DNA of 64,000 nt, taken from the NCBI RefSeq assembly GCF_023055435.1, contig NW_025964112.1, positions 11,098,001-11,162,000 of the forward strand, given 5' to 3'. The DNA is from Haliotis rufescens. Lineage: Eukaryota. Each line of letters begins with the position of its first letter. Position 1 is the stretch's first letter. This document shows, in pieces, positions 39,991-52,850 of the stretch. The translations under genes and the position numbers were made by a program. The notes below the pieces were generated by a model. The model was not told where the DNA came from, made no database searches, and saw nothing but the letters and a program-made list of their open reading frames with translations.

Positions 39991-40393
39991 TACTTAATGC
40001 GTCGTGTAAGTCATGCTGATATTGATACAACTATAGGACTTTCACACAGAGTATCATACCCAACTTCCACTGATGGTAAAAATTCAAACGTATCTGCACA
40101 AAATCTTATCTCGAAAACTGTTATGAATGACAAATTATATATTTAAAAAATCACGTAAACATTTAACGACCACAGTCTGCACGTGAATATATACCATCTG
40201 GGGGCCGACTGGGTGTGCCGAATCTGATCTGACAATCATCTTAGCCAATACTACACACGAGTTCAGCACAATCGACGTTATTTACTTAATGTTATGTATC
40301 TTATAGTTCGCATTCATCGTGCTGTGTTGTTGGGTATATAAAGATGGAAAACAAATTTGCCATGGAATAATGAAATAATATCTGATCTCTAAA

Positions 40394-40555
40394 CTGACTG
40401 AGTATGATTTTACGCCGCTTTTAGCAATAGTCCAGCAATATCACGGCAGGGGACACCAGAAATGGGCTTCACACATTGTTCCCATGTCGGGAAGCGATCC
40501 CGGGTCTTCGGCGTGACGAGCAAACGCTTTAACCACTAGGCTACCCGACCGCCCC
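40394..40555 (-). mobile_element. SINE family A
   Basis: Full-length reverse complement; 11-bp TSD tgatctctaaa. Confidence 0.92.
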
Positions 40556-41893
40556 TGATCTCTAAAGATAAAAGGTACCGTGCGTTAACCTATCAATTAT
40601 ACAACATCAACGCCAGAGAATAACCAGTCTCGAATAACCGACGAAACAGTGTCCATTGGACGTAAATTTGACAATTAAGTGAATGGATCACTAAACATCA
40701 GTGATCACACGGGTGTTGCGAAAAGGGTAAGAATAAAACTGTTGAAATAAACGTCGCTGGTCACGTTCCAAAGATGAGGGAATGTTATGATAACGACAGC
40801 CATGTCGTGGGAGAGTACTAATTCCAGTATCAATATAGAAAGATATCAAATATCAATCAAGACACTGTAATATCTTTGCTTGAAAAAATCACCATGCTTG
40901 GGAAATGCATTCCATACCATATCACTCCCTCCTAGAAGACGTCAGATAAACATCAGATCCCCCGCGTCCACCCAACTGTCCCCCCTCCCCTCTCCAACAT
41001 TTCTCCTTGTTATCTTCGATGTGTTTGTGGCCTGGGATGACTCGACGGCTGTGTGTCACTTACAGTTGACAATAGGGATCGAGGCGGCAGACAAAGGTAA
41101 TGTATCCTTTCTATCCTTTAACCAAGTCACTTAACGAAGACAAATGTCACCGTTCTGGAACACACAAATTAAGCCAATGCCCAACATAGTAATTATTGCT
41201 ATGTGTAAACAGAGAAATTGTGTATGTGGAACTTGGATAATTATTCACCTTTACAGTGATATAAATAATAACATTGGAGTTAGCAAAAGAAATCACAGTG
41301 TGTTTGGAATTATTTGAATCCAACTTGCTTAAAATACAGTTTTGAACGTCAACCTATTTTCCCAAATTTTCCAAATCTTTAACGAATTGACTGTTTACTT
41401 CCCTTTTGTCTGCAATGCAAAGTTTAAGCTTGCGTAATTCATGTAATTCTGAGGGAGTTCGGGCAATGTACATGTTCCAAATCTATTGTTCCATCTGATA
41501 CAAATCTCTAACGAATTGACTGTTTACTTCCTTACTTTCTTCAATGCAAAGTTTAGTAAGTTCTTAATTCTAAGCATGCACTGGCTACAACGATCGCACA
41601 GATTGCACATGCAGTACGAATATACGGGCTAGTATAAGGAGACTCGATAGCTTCGTACACTATTTGTTACGAATATTCTGTTTCTCAGCCCGCGTTATCC
41701 TTAAAGTAATTGTCTCAAAGACACTGTGATTTTATTCAATTTGGTTGACAAGAGTTAACTTTCAAATTCATACTGAAGAATCAAATGTATTTAAAGAATC
41801 ATAGAAACCAAGATCAATTGCAAGTTTTTGATTGAGATAAAAAAAATATTTTACACACACGTGTACTTGAAAACTTCGTTTCGTTTGTTTCAG

Positions 41894-41941
41894 AGACATT
41901 AACCGCTAGTGAGGAAAGTCCTTAAAAGAAGACATCACAAT
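41894..41941 (+). other. inx: Innexin C 5' exon supplying AT of a split start codon (coding 41940-41941)
   Basis: tcgtttgtttcag|agacatt...catcacaAT|gtaagt; AT plus G at 42927 gives acaATG in frame with LKQALD. Confidence 0.72.
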
Positions 41942-42484
41942 GTAAGTAGATTCCATATTAATTATTATGATAAATGCAAACCTATATGTATAAGATATAT
42001 TATTTACTTCTTGTGTAAGTATGTATGGTATTCTTTTACTGTTAAAAAAATAATCACAAATACAATTGAATACTTGGACAATCGTTCACTTGCCATGCTT
42101 TTTGTTCCAAGACATATGTGTTGTGACGCCCCAAAAATGCTCAGCCTCACCTTTCTGTAAATATTATATCTCAAACAAAAAGCATTCGCATTCGTTGACA
42201 GTCTCGATTTAACTTGGTAGTACACTGTACTGAATTTGACATATACTTACTCTTGATGCTATCATGTATTTTATGAAGAGATCATATATTTGTTAACATT
42301 GGTTCAAACTATATGTTATTGGCTCATTTCCCCACCACAGTAGAGAGCCCTCAAGATTGTATTTCCTGTACATGGTGATAATAGGTGACAGCACTGATAC
42401 GAACTGTGGCCTCAAGACAGATTTAGATTAATAATCTTCTGAATATTAGAAAGAGTGTATGTCAGTGCGAAATGTAGAGTGACT

Positions 42485-42828
42485 GAGCGAGTGAGTGGGG
42501 TTAACGCCGCTTTTAACAGTATTATCCCGGCTTAATGTGGGAGGAAAGTCCGAAGTGATGCGGGTCTCAGACGTTGCGTCCCTTTGGCACGCCAGAAACC
42601 TATGATTGTGGGTTCGAATCCCGGTCCGCCCCGATTATGTTTCTAGGTTTGTCAGCACCATACCCGTGCTCGTGGGTTTCACCGAAGTAGTAAACGTCTG
42701 AGACCTGCATCACTTCGGGCTTTCCCCCACATTAAGCTGACACGCCGTGATATAACTGGAATACTGTTAAAAGCGGCGTTAATCCAAACTCACTCACTCA
42801 CTCACTCACTCACTCACTCACTCACTCA
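42485..42828. mobile_element. Fused head-to-head family B SINE pair (minus 3' part plus 5'-truncated plus copy)
   Basis: 42485-42574 is the reverse complement of ~42694-42800. Confidence 0.85.
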
Positions 42829-42926
42829 TATGGTCAACTTTACCAGGCTACGTTTAATCCTTATTTATCATGCCATTTCGAATCCATTGTGACAGTCAAT
42901 TATGGAAGTTGAAATGCTAATTTCAG

Positions 42927-43092
42927 GTTGAAACAAGCGCTTGACCAGCTCGCAAAGCTGTCCGCTGCACGGTCGACACGTGATGATGACCTCATTGACC
43001 AGCTGCACCATTACGTGGCTGTTGGGACACTGTTGGCGCTAGCGGTGCTGGTTGGTGCCAAGTCCTTTGTGGGGGCCCCTATCAATTGTTGG
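42927..43092 (+). CDS. inx: Innexin C, N-terminal/TM1 exon (missed by the ORF track)
   Basis: tttcag|G TTG AAA...TGT TGG|gtaggt: LKQALDQLAKLSAARSTRDDDLIDQLHHYVAVGTLLALAVLVGAKSFVGAPINCW. Confidence 0.94.
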
Positions 43093-43944
43093 GTAGGTCC
43101 ATAATACTGTGTACAGGATGCACTAGTCTGTACCCCAGCTCCGCGGAATATATTAAATAATGAATCCAACTCAAGTCTGAAATGATTGGCAAGTCGGGAT
43201 TGTCCCTGCTCTGACATTAAGCTCTTGGCGCTATTTAGATTTAATATTCTATATTTTATTTTGTAGAAATATATTTTTAAATAGTCAGATAGATTTATAT
43301 CTGGCACTTAATTTGAGTCCACAGGCTGTACTTTCATCAAAACCTAAAGGGATATTCCACTCAAAAAAGCAAAATCTATAAGCATGAAAAATGAGATGAT
43401 AATTTACTCTTGTATTGCACACATTTGGAACACGCAGCACGCTGTTGCCGGGGATTGCCAAATTTAATACAATTGGGACGTCATCGACACACCAATAAAA
43501 CACTATACACCTATAAACCGTGTGTGGAGCTACGATAGAGTTACCCTCGCGTTTGCGTTTTATCTGACTTACCAGGCAGTAAATGGACAAACTTGTTGTC
43601 GCTGATGCGTCAATTTTGGAAAGTTTTACTTAGACCGTGAATGTTCTATCCCTTGTAACTTTTGGACAAGAGTCGAATTACCCTCTCTGAAATTTTCGTA
43701 GAAAGGGTGTGCCCGATTGTACCTCAAAGTTCATATGAAGGCACTGCGCATAATATGATTGGTATCATCGCCTATGTGTTCATATTATTTATGTCATCAT
43801 TTGATAACTGCATCTGTTGGTAGGTACAGAGAATTCATCCATGCTTTGGCTATTGCATTCAACGTTAAGCATAGTAGAAAATAGATCAAGGTTCTGAAAT
43901 GTATGAAACCTCGGGAATCCTAAGTGGACACTAATGGCTCAGTC

Positions 43945-44190
43945 CCTGTGCAGAGTTGAGCCCCTTGTCAACTCCAGCAACCAATGATTGTGGGTTCGAA
44001 TCCCGGTTCGTCCTGTTTATGTTTCTAGGTTTGTCAGCACTATACCCGTGCTCGTGGGTTTCACCAAAGTGGTAAACGTCTGAGGCCTGCATCACTTCTG
44101 GCTTTCCTCCCACATTAAGTTCACACGTCGTAATACAATTAGAATACTGTTACAATCACTCACTCACTCACTCACTCACTCACTCGCTCA
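43945..44190 (+). mobile_element. SINE family B variant
   Basis: Body and (actc)n tail match family B. Confidence 0.82.
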
Positions 44191-44398
44191 GAAATTCTAA
44201 AAAGATGCTTCGTCCCTATCATCGATTTTTTTGCCATCACCAGGTATTTTTATTTCCTCACATATATCTATTGATTACACTCACCAGAATGATAATTTGG
44301 CAACGTATTTGTATCTAAATGACGTTTTCAGCCATCAATTGTACTTTTGAATTGCGCAACCCGTGTGAAATACTTAATATAAGATTATTATTTATCAG

Positions 44399-45457
44399 GT
44401 ACCGAAAGAATACGACAAGGATCATTTTCAAGATTACGTGAACGCCTACTGTTGGATATCCGACATGTACAACGTCCCTTTCTCGGAGTCACTTCCGGTG
44501 GCGGTTGATGACCGGATGTCCGAAGACCGTGACGTAAGCTTCTACCGCTGGGTAATCGTCATGTTCATGATCCAGGCGTTTATGTTTGAGATCCCGCACC
44601 TGATATGGAAAACAATGAAAGGCTTCTCCGGCATCAATATGGAAAAGATAGTCGGCATGACGCTGGACTCACAGATGCAGCCGGAAGATGACCGCGACAC
44701 CAAGATGAGGCATATCTCCATCTTCATAGACAGATGGCTGAAGACGTACCGCCGATTTGAACAAAACCCGTTTGGGAATCTGAAGAACAGGTTAGGTAAC
44801 GTTTTCTTCTGCTTTGGCAAACGGTCCGGTTGCTATCTTACAAGACTGTATCTGTTCGTGAAGCTGTTATATTTCATCAATGTGGTTTGTCAGTTCCAAG
44901 TCCTTACCTCCTTCCTTGGGTTCAACTACTGGGCTTATGGGGGTCACGTCCTCGAACTTTTAGCCGACGACTCCTATTGGGTAGATCTACACAACTTCCC
45001 CCGCATTGGAATGTGTGACTTCCAGATCCGCCAACTTCAGAACGTTCAGACATTCACGGTTCAATGTGTCTTGTCGATTAACCTCTTCCTGGAGAAGATC
45101 TATGCTGCACAGTGGTTTGTTCTTCTCCTCCTGTCGCTGCTGACTCTCGGGAGTCTGGTGTCCTGGACAGTTGAGGAAGTGTTCACCTCAAGACGGGAGA
45201 AGTTTCTCAACAAGTACCTGTTCATGCTTAAAGATGGCGGAGATTCTGTAGACCTGAAGCTCTTCAAGAAATTCGTTCGACATTATCTCCGAGACGACGG
45301 CATCTTCCTGTTGAGAGTGGTCGGCAACAACACCAGCGATATCATGACCTTTGACCTCCTGAAACACCTGTGGGCTAAATTCAAGAAGGAACATCACAAA
45401 TCTGATGACGAGTTTAGCCCTGAAACGAAATCTTTCATCAATAGCCCCAGTGTATAA
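44399..45457 (+). CDS. inx: Innexin C, last exon (full protein ~408 aa)
   Basis: tttatcag|GTA CCG AAA; YCWIS, FYRW, FPRIGMCDF, QCVLSINLFLEK, DDGIFLLR; intact; aataaa at 45755. Confidence 0.96.
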   Translation, partial: VPKEYDKDHFQDYVNAYCWISDMYNVPFSESLPVAVDDRMSEDRDVSFYRWVIVMFMIQAFMFEIPHLIWKTMKGFSGINMEKIVGMTLDSQMQPEDDRDTKMRHISIFIDRWLKTYRRFEQNPFGNLKNRLGNVFFCFGKRSGCYLTRLYLFVKLLYFINVVCQFQVLTSFLGFNYWAYGGHVLELLADDSYWVDLHNFPRIGMCDFQIRQLQNVQTFTVQCVLSINLFLEKIYAAQWFVLLLLSLLTLGSLVSWTVEEVFTSRREKFLNKYLFMLKDGGDSVDLKLFKKFVRHYLRDDGIFLLRVVGNNTSDIMTFDLLKHLWAKFKKEHHKSDDEFSPETKSFINSPSV

Positions 45458-46050
45458 ATGATAAGTCAGGGTGGTATTTTTATTGCTTCACCTAGGTCAG
45501 TTTCGGCTTTTCTCATTCTTTGATTCATGATTTCACAATGTTATCGAATCTTGTGAATAGGTTTCATAATAGGGACCAACCACTTAAAATTTCAAACAAA
45601 ATTTCTGTTTTTTTGGTTCAAGCTGTGCGGAGCAAAATAATTTTTTCCGGTATATTCTGGAACAAGCTATTTCTTTCAAACAAATCCAAGTGCCGCCACC
45701 CCTTCCAGAATATCAAATGGTTTGCCCCTAATGATTCCTGAAGGTTTCCACCTAAATAAATGGAAAGTGTTATTAAAAAGACATTGCATTCACAAAAGGA
45801 TTTTTTTCAAGCTTAACATTTTCTCGTACACGCTGTTCTTGTGTTTTAATTAAGGATTGGTCCTGTTTTCAAGCCTCCGTGTCAGAACTAAACCCATGTT
45901 AGTTCTTTCGTCAATACGCTGCGCGTATTTGACCTGAGTCTTTACATGATTTCGTTCAACAATATGTTAAACGCCATGATATAACTGAAATACTGTTAAA
46001 GATGACATAAGAACCAACCCACTCACTTACACATTCTTCAGATGAAGCAA

Positions 46051-46331
46051 GGGGGCACGGGTGGCCCAGTCGTCTGAGGCGCCGCAATTCGCTGTGCAGA
46101 GTTGCGTCCCTTAGGCACGCCAGAAACCTATGATTGTGGGTTCGAATCCCGGTTCGCCCCATTTATGTTTCTAGGTTTGTCAGCACCATACCCGCGCTCG
46201 TGGGTTTCACCAAAGTGGCTCACGTCTGAGACCTGCATCACTTCGGGCTTTCCTCACACATTAAGCTGACACGCCGTGATATAACTGGAATACTGTTTAA
46301 AGCGGCGTTAAACCCTACTCACTCACTCACT
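46051..46331 (+). mobile_element. SINE family B, full length
   Basis: TSD agatgaagca at 46040 and 46333. Confidence 0.92.
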
Positions 46332-47752
46332 GAGATGAAGCAGGGCTGTGCCCGAATGATATTATGTATTGTACGATTTTGAAAGTAGCGTGATAATTAT
46401 TATAGTGTATATATATATATACCGTGCTTGAGTGTATCGGTTTACAGTGAAACCCAGCTAATTCGGAAACCCGTCTTTCTGGACGATTACTGGTGTGACA
46501 AGAAAGTTACAATTTATGCAAGGGACGTTGCTCCGTAATCTTTAATTTGAAACTTTGTTATTCGAACAGTTCCGTCCGGATTAGCAACGTTTCGCGGTAT
46601 TAGTATATTCAGAAATATATATGGTATATTTGTTCAACATCGATTGAGATCATGAATACAAGATTAGCTTAGCATTGCCGTTAATTCAATATCGTTACAG
46701 TACTTATAATAGGTTTGCATTAACAAGCATTGTGCCATGGGCTGTGTAGGGTTACATTATTATAATTATTATATTATCACATTAGTTTTGTATTATCACA
46801 TTAGTGTTGTATTATCACATTAGTGTTATAACATAGAGTCTTAGTTCTATATTATATACTTCCACATATATGCTTTATTATATCATTACTAGTAAATGAA
46901 AGCTATCCTTGATGTATCTTTACCGTTAATCTACCTATGTCAGTTGTAAACACTGGATCCAGTTATATTTTTCAGAGTTCCACATAATCATAGTATCTCA
47001 CTCAAATAATCAATCACAATCACACAATTATAATAATATTATTATTTGTCAGTTGCGTGCGTACAAATACACTTGTAATAATAATAATAAAATAACATAA
47101 CAACACTGTGCATAATTCCCATAGTGGCCATTTCAGCGTAGTTATATTCTCTGACATATCTGTATTTATTCAATTCTTCAAAGACATAGGGCACTCGTTC
47201 AACAAAAAAAAAGGGTTTAATGATAGCAATAGGATCTTACGGAATGTATATACGCAGCGAAAGCATTAACCATGAACAAATTGTCTTCGTTTCAGCTTTA
47301 TTGTTCTCATCTCATATATGTAAACTATGAATCTATGTTAATGTACGGACCGTCATTACAATGATTACACCATACCTTACCTGTCTAGTGGTACATGTAC
47401 ATGTATATATATACATGATATGGCGATGAAATTAATTGATTGATTGATTGATTAATTGATTGTCATTGATTGTCATTACTGTTTACTCCCATTTTGTCCA
47501 ATGAGATATTCTTGTGATATAATAAAGACGCGTGTTTCCATTATTATGTTTTTAATTACACATACAGTACACACTCGTTAATCCGGACCCCGTGAATTTT
47601 GGAAACCCGCGTTACGGACCAATAGTGTTAGGCTGTGTATTTCCCTGTATATGACTCCTCAGCCAACAAACTTAATTGACCGGTTCTGCCAAAAAGGTGT
47701 CTCCATATAAACATGGCCACGTTGTGGGTGCTATGGCACTTCTGACACAGGT

Positions 47753-47922
47753 GGGGCGGTCGGGTAGCCTAGTGGTTAAAGCGTTCGCTCGTCACGCCGA
47801 AGACCCGGGTTCGATTCCCGACATGGGTACAATGTGTGAAGCCCATTTCTGGTGTCCCCCGCCGTGATATTGCTGGAATATTGCTAAAAGCGGCGTAAAA
47901 CCAAACTCACTCACTCACTCAC
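47753..47922 (+). mobile_element. SINE family A, full length
   Basis: 12-bp TSD tctgacacaggt. Confidence 0.93.
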
Positions 47923-48176
47923 TCTGACACAGGTTGGAGATGACACGACCACCTTTTCGAAACACCTGGTGTCATCATTATTTGCTAGTAATTTCATAAC
48001 AACATATCCTTATCATGCAGTCGGAATCGTAAAACTGTGCTTTTAACAGATATTTCTCCTGGTTATGGCAAGGGTCTTGTCGCTGGTATGTATTTGACAT
48101 GTATGTACGTTGTTCTAGTTATTATTATACATGTATGTTGCTTGATAAAAAACTTGTTAATTAACTACTAGTATTC

Positions 48177-48431
48177 GACCCGTGAAGATCCGGGGTAGAT
48201 TTGATCTCCAGCAACCCATACTTGCAGTAAAAAGGCGACTATGATTGTCGTAAGATGTGACTAACGGCTGGTCAAGCTCGCTGACTTGGATGATGCATGT
48301 CATCGTATCCCAATTGCGTGGATCTATGCACGTGATGTCAATCACTGGATTGTCTGGTCCAGACTCAATTATTTACAGACCGCCGTCATATAGCTGGAAT
48401 ATTGCTGATTGCGGCGTTAAACAACAACAAA
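48177..48431 (+). mobile_element. Family C element
   Basis: Matches family C from gacccgtgaag to the (aac)n tail. Confidence 0.88.
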
Positions 48432-50197
48432 AATTAATGAATAAATTAAGTATTCATTGACACGATAGGAACTATCTGTATGGAAATAGAAAAGACAGAA
48501 CTATTTCCATAATCAAAGAAATATCGCGACGTTCAACCCCATTTCACCTCCCCCGATTTCATACCCGATCTTGATGATGTATACCTATGATCAGTGCCTT
48601 GTGCCTTGAATAATGTCAAAAACATCTCTCACTCACAATCTGACTACTGAGATTACTTGGACCGATTAAAGTCTATCCGATTATTCATTCTACTGGGATG
48701 ACGATTGGGGTGCATCTTCCCGAGGCAAGAGAGTTAACTGACTTTAAAAGTCCAGTTTCCACCCATGCCGAACTAGGCTGGAATACCTGGGCTCGATCGT
48801 AGCGCCACAAGTGGCTTTTACGAGTTGTGTCCCTTCTATGCCTCTCCTATGGACCAATCAGATTCCACCACTCGAATCACTTGCATTTGCTTCAAACATA
48901 ACGGCGGCGCCCAGTCAAGATGATCTGATCGATAATCAAGGTCTATATTGTGATAAAACGGGTCTTACATCGCGAAATGCATCAAATCACGTGAGCACCT
49001 TGATTAAAAACATGACAAGATTTAGAAAATATCTGTTGACAAAGAGTTGGCAGTGCACTTGTTTTGCAAATCCTCCAATCGACCGAAATCTGCATGACAC
49101 TTTACGAACCGGATTTCGATTTCGGAGCGCGATTTTGATTGGACTATGCATAGACTCGTTAGTCCAGCCAAAATGTAACTCCATAATACCAGCCAAGTTC
49201 GGCAAGGGTGGAACTGGACTTTTATAGTCAGTTAACTCTCTTGCCTCGGGAAGATGTTTGGAGTGCAGAGGGCAGTCAGAGTGCGTCCATGACTTGCCTC
49301 ACACACCACACAGTGACCCCAGATAACCTTTCTCCTCCAATGTGGGAATTCTGGGAAACCAATGTTCCTTGTGAACATTTTACCACGGGTGACCGTTTGT
49401 TTGATAAAGCAGTCCCACTCACCGATAAGAAATGCCGATTCGACGACATAACACGCAAACACGGTCCATAAATTGCAACCCCGATGATAGTTGCTTGACA
49501 ACTAGTTCACATCAGGTTTTACAAACCTTCAAACAGTCAATGTCGGTTTTAAGAGGAATCCTTCAAACATCTTTAAATGTTTCACAAACAGTAGTGGTAT
49601 TGTGAAAAGTCACTCTTTTCGATGGTATCTGTCAATAAGGACCCTGACTAATCTGGATCTCTGCCAGTACCGGAATCATTGCTTTGAAATCTTAGCCAAT
49701 GACATGTCACGCACAACTCATAGCTATGTAATAAGTTTGTTTGTTCATTAACGACGCACTCACTAACAGTCCTTCTATACTGTCGGGCAAAAGAAAGTAT
49801 ACACTTGAAAATTTAGGTGAGGTGTTCTGTAAGAAGTGTGTTGTTGAACTAATATTGTCCTGCTGTTCGTTTTAGACGACGAATCTGTGATATACTGACG
49901 AATTGATGAACAAAATTTTAAAATCTAAATTTACTCCCCGGTACTAAGAACCCAGACAAGCTCATGAAACATATTATCCTGTATAATCCGACATTTACAA
50001 AAAGAGGGTAGTCAAACGAGGTCATTCGAAATCGTCAAACTTAAACATCTTCAACTTAATATAATACGTTACAGTGGAAAATATATATCATCTCTTTAAC
50101 CAACTAACGCAACATTCGTGATGAGCTCGAGGAGTTATTGTTTATACCATTGAAATCGCATGTTTCATTGCGCGCATTACATAAAAAAATATACATA

Positions 50198-50346
50198 TAA
50201 TAAACTACGGTTACAACGAACACAAAGGGACAACTAATTTTAGTTCGTTATAACCGTAGTTCGTTATAAGCATATGTACAGCAAATGGACGGGACCAAAA
50301 AAACAATTCGTTATATCCGTCGGTTCGTTATAAACGTAGTTTACTG
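50198..50346. mobile_element. Small pogo/Tc1-type MITE
   Basis: taaactacggttacaacgaa / ttcgttataaacgtagtttactg inverted ends; internal ttcgttata repeats. Confidence 0.6.
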
Positions 50347-50985
50347 AAAAATAGTTACGTTTCATATATTTTCGTATAAACTAGCCAATTTTGTTTTATA
50401 CGATCGTGTATTAATTTTATGTCCGAACACAATATATTTTTGTTTACAAAGAGACAAACTTACATTATAAAAATAATACTCAGTGTGTCGACCATCTGGC
50501 CGAACATACTGTGGTCCTATGTTCAGCAGGTGGCATTGGTATGTTAGACATTTACCCTATCGAAATAAGATCAATGAAATGTGCAAATAAAATGCATGAA
50601 ATTTAGTTACGTGGAATAAAGAAGGGGCGCGCTTAGCATATTTTACAGACGTATGTTTACTGTGTGATAACAAGCAGTTATCTGACAGCGCACCTTCTAG
50701 AAGACAAAGAGTCTTGAGAAAAGTTCGCGTCTGACTGGCAATTCTTGGAATTTTTCGTCCCCGTGACTGACAATGCTGGCGCCACGCTAAATCTAATTTC
50801 TTGGAACTGCTGTGCCATATTTGGATGTATTCACTGCCTTATTTGGAAGTGGTTACTGCTTTATTCGGCAGACTGACTGACACACATCACAGTCGGTATC
50901 CCAGATGATATAACCCCGTACACCATTGACCATTGTTTTATCGTTTTTAGTATTACCCCGCCCTATTGAACCTCTCACCACCAAC

Positions 50986-51108
50986 GGGGGCACGGGTGGC
51001 CATGTCGTCTAAGGCGCCGCGATTCGCTGTGCAGAGTTGCGTCCCTTGGGCACGCCAGAAACCTATGATTGTGGGTTCGAATCCCGGTTCGCCCCGATTA
51101 TGTTTCTA
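50986..51108 (+). mobile_element. SINE family B 5' half (runs into gap)
   Basis: Family B head. Confidence 0.88.
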
Positions 51109-51676
51109 NNNNNNNNNNNNNNNNNNNNNNNNNNNNNNNNNNNNNNNNNNNNNNNNNNNNNNNNNNNNNNNNNNNNNNNNNNNNNNNNNNNNNNNNNNNN
51201 NNNNNNNNNNNNNNNNNNNNNNNNNNNNNNNNNNNNNNNNNNNNNNNNNNNNNNNNNNNNNNNNNNNNNNNNNNNNNNNNNNNNNNNNNNNNNNNNNNNN
51301 NNNNNNNNNNNNNNNNNNNNNNNNNNNNNNNNNNNNNNNNNNNNNNNNNNNNNNNNNNNNNNNNNNNNNNNNNNNNNNNNNNNNNNNNNNNNNNNNNNNN
51401 NNNNNNNNNNNNNNNNNNNNNNNNNNNNNNNNNNNNNNNNNNNNNNNNNNNNNNNNNNNNNNNNNNNNNNNNNNNNNNNNNNNNNNNNNNNNNNNNNNNN
51501 NNNNNNNNNNNNNNNNNNNNNNNNNNNNNNNNNNNNNNNNNNNNNNNNNNNNNNNNNNNNNNNNNNNNNNNNNNNNNNNNNNNNNNNNNNNNNNNNNNNN
51601 NNNNNNNNNNNNNNNNNNNNNNNNNNNNNNNNNNNNNNNNNNNNNNNNNNNNNNNNNNNNNNNNNNNNNNNNNNNN
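51109..51676. other. Assembly gap
   Basis: N run. Confidence 1.
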
Positions 51677-51865
51677 CCTCTACCGGCTGTAGGGTATATG
51701 ATCATCCTAGATATCAATTTCTGTGAGTAAATATAGGCGGGTCCAGTGATGGTTTACCCTGGCGTTAGGTTAAGTGCCCGCTCAGATCGCAAGGTGTTAT
51801 CAGACACGCCCGGAACATGACGTCACGATATCGTTCAAGGGGATGTTTTTGGTCGGATCATCAGT

Positions 51866-52168
51866 GTGAGGTGAGGTGAAATGGGGTTTAGCGTCGCGTC
51901 CAAGATTATTGCACTTATATAGCGACGTGTGTGGCTTGTACTTGTCGGGACTGATTGCGATTTATAGTGCTTTGCCACAGTTAAACATGAATACCCCACT
52001 CAAACATATTATACTCACTCCTTGTTTTAGCCCCTTACTGCCGAGCGTCAGGCAAGGCAACAACAAGTACCATCTTTTGAGGTCTATTGGTATGACGCGG
52101 CCGGGTATCGAAACCCGGACCTTCCGCTCTCCGGGCGGACGCTCTCCCACTAGACCACAGGCGCGGTC
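51866..52168 (-). mobile_element. SINE family D, full length
   Basis: tRNA A/B boxes, middle domain and tail; TSD tcatc(a/g)gtgtg. Confidence 0.85.
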
Positions 52169-52593
52169 TCATCGGTGTGCTTTATTGGGAGGATCGATTC
52201 AGGTACTGCCTGCAGATCATGCGAGGTGGGGATTGGATGGTTACATGGCTCAATTTAATTCAATTCAGTTCTTTATTGTATGAAAGGCTACAGGCCCATA
52301 TACAACGGAGTTACATAACATATTATAAGCTACAAAGTCAAGGTAACAATTCACTTCGTAACAAAAACGTATGATGTATGTTCTTGGAAGGGCGGACAGA
52401 GGGAAGATTTCTCAGCTGTGACATTGTTGATTGTGTGTAACCATAACCCGAGGACGTTGATCTTTTCTCGCGTAATGACTCATTGTTTTGTTTTGTTATC
52501 CTCTGGTCCTTGGCTTCGTCAGGCGCTGTGGTATAGCTGCACAGTTACTGATTATATATGACGTGATACACCCACACAGATTCTGATTTCACG

Positions 52594-52712
52594 AGGCCGA
52601 CTCTGTGGTGCAGTGGTTAGTGCCTGTAGAGCGGAAGGTCGCTGGTTCGATCCCCGACCGCGTCATACCAAAATACGTCAAAAGATGGTACTTGTTTTTA
52701 CCCTGCCTGGTG
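52594..52712 (+). mobile_element. SINE family D 5' fragment
   Basis: gtggtgcagtggtt..ggttcgatccccgaccgcgtcataccaaaa..gatggtacttg. Confidence 0.75.
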
Positions 52713-52850
52713 CACGTGCAGGAGTGCATTACGTTGTTATATAGCCGCACTGAACCACGTATCACTCCACCTCAACGATTTCCAAATTCATAAGAAATCT
52801 CTCCCAAGTCGATTGTACGATTCCGACTATATCATGAGCATGTATTGATG

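Noticed and set aside
49208-49471. THAP-like motif (CEHF...AVP)
   Set aside because: Spacing is wrong (CxxHF expected), there is no N-terminal C2 motif, and there is no clear start
50966-51730. ORFs spanning N runs (also 24763-25050)
   Set aside because: Artefacts of assembly gaps
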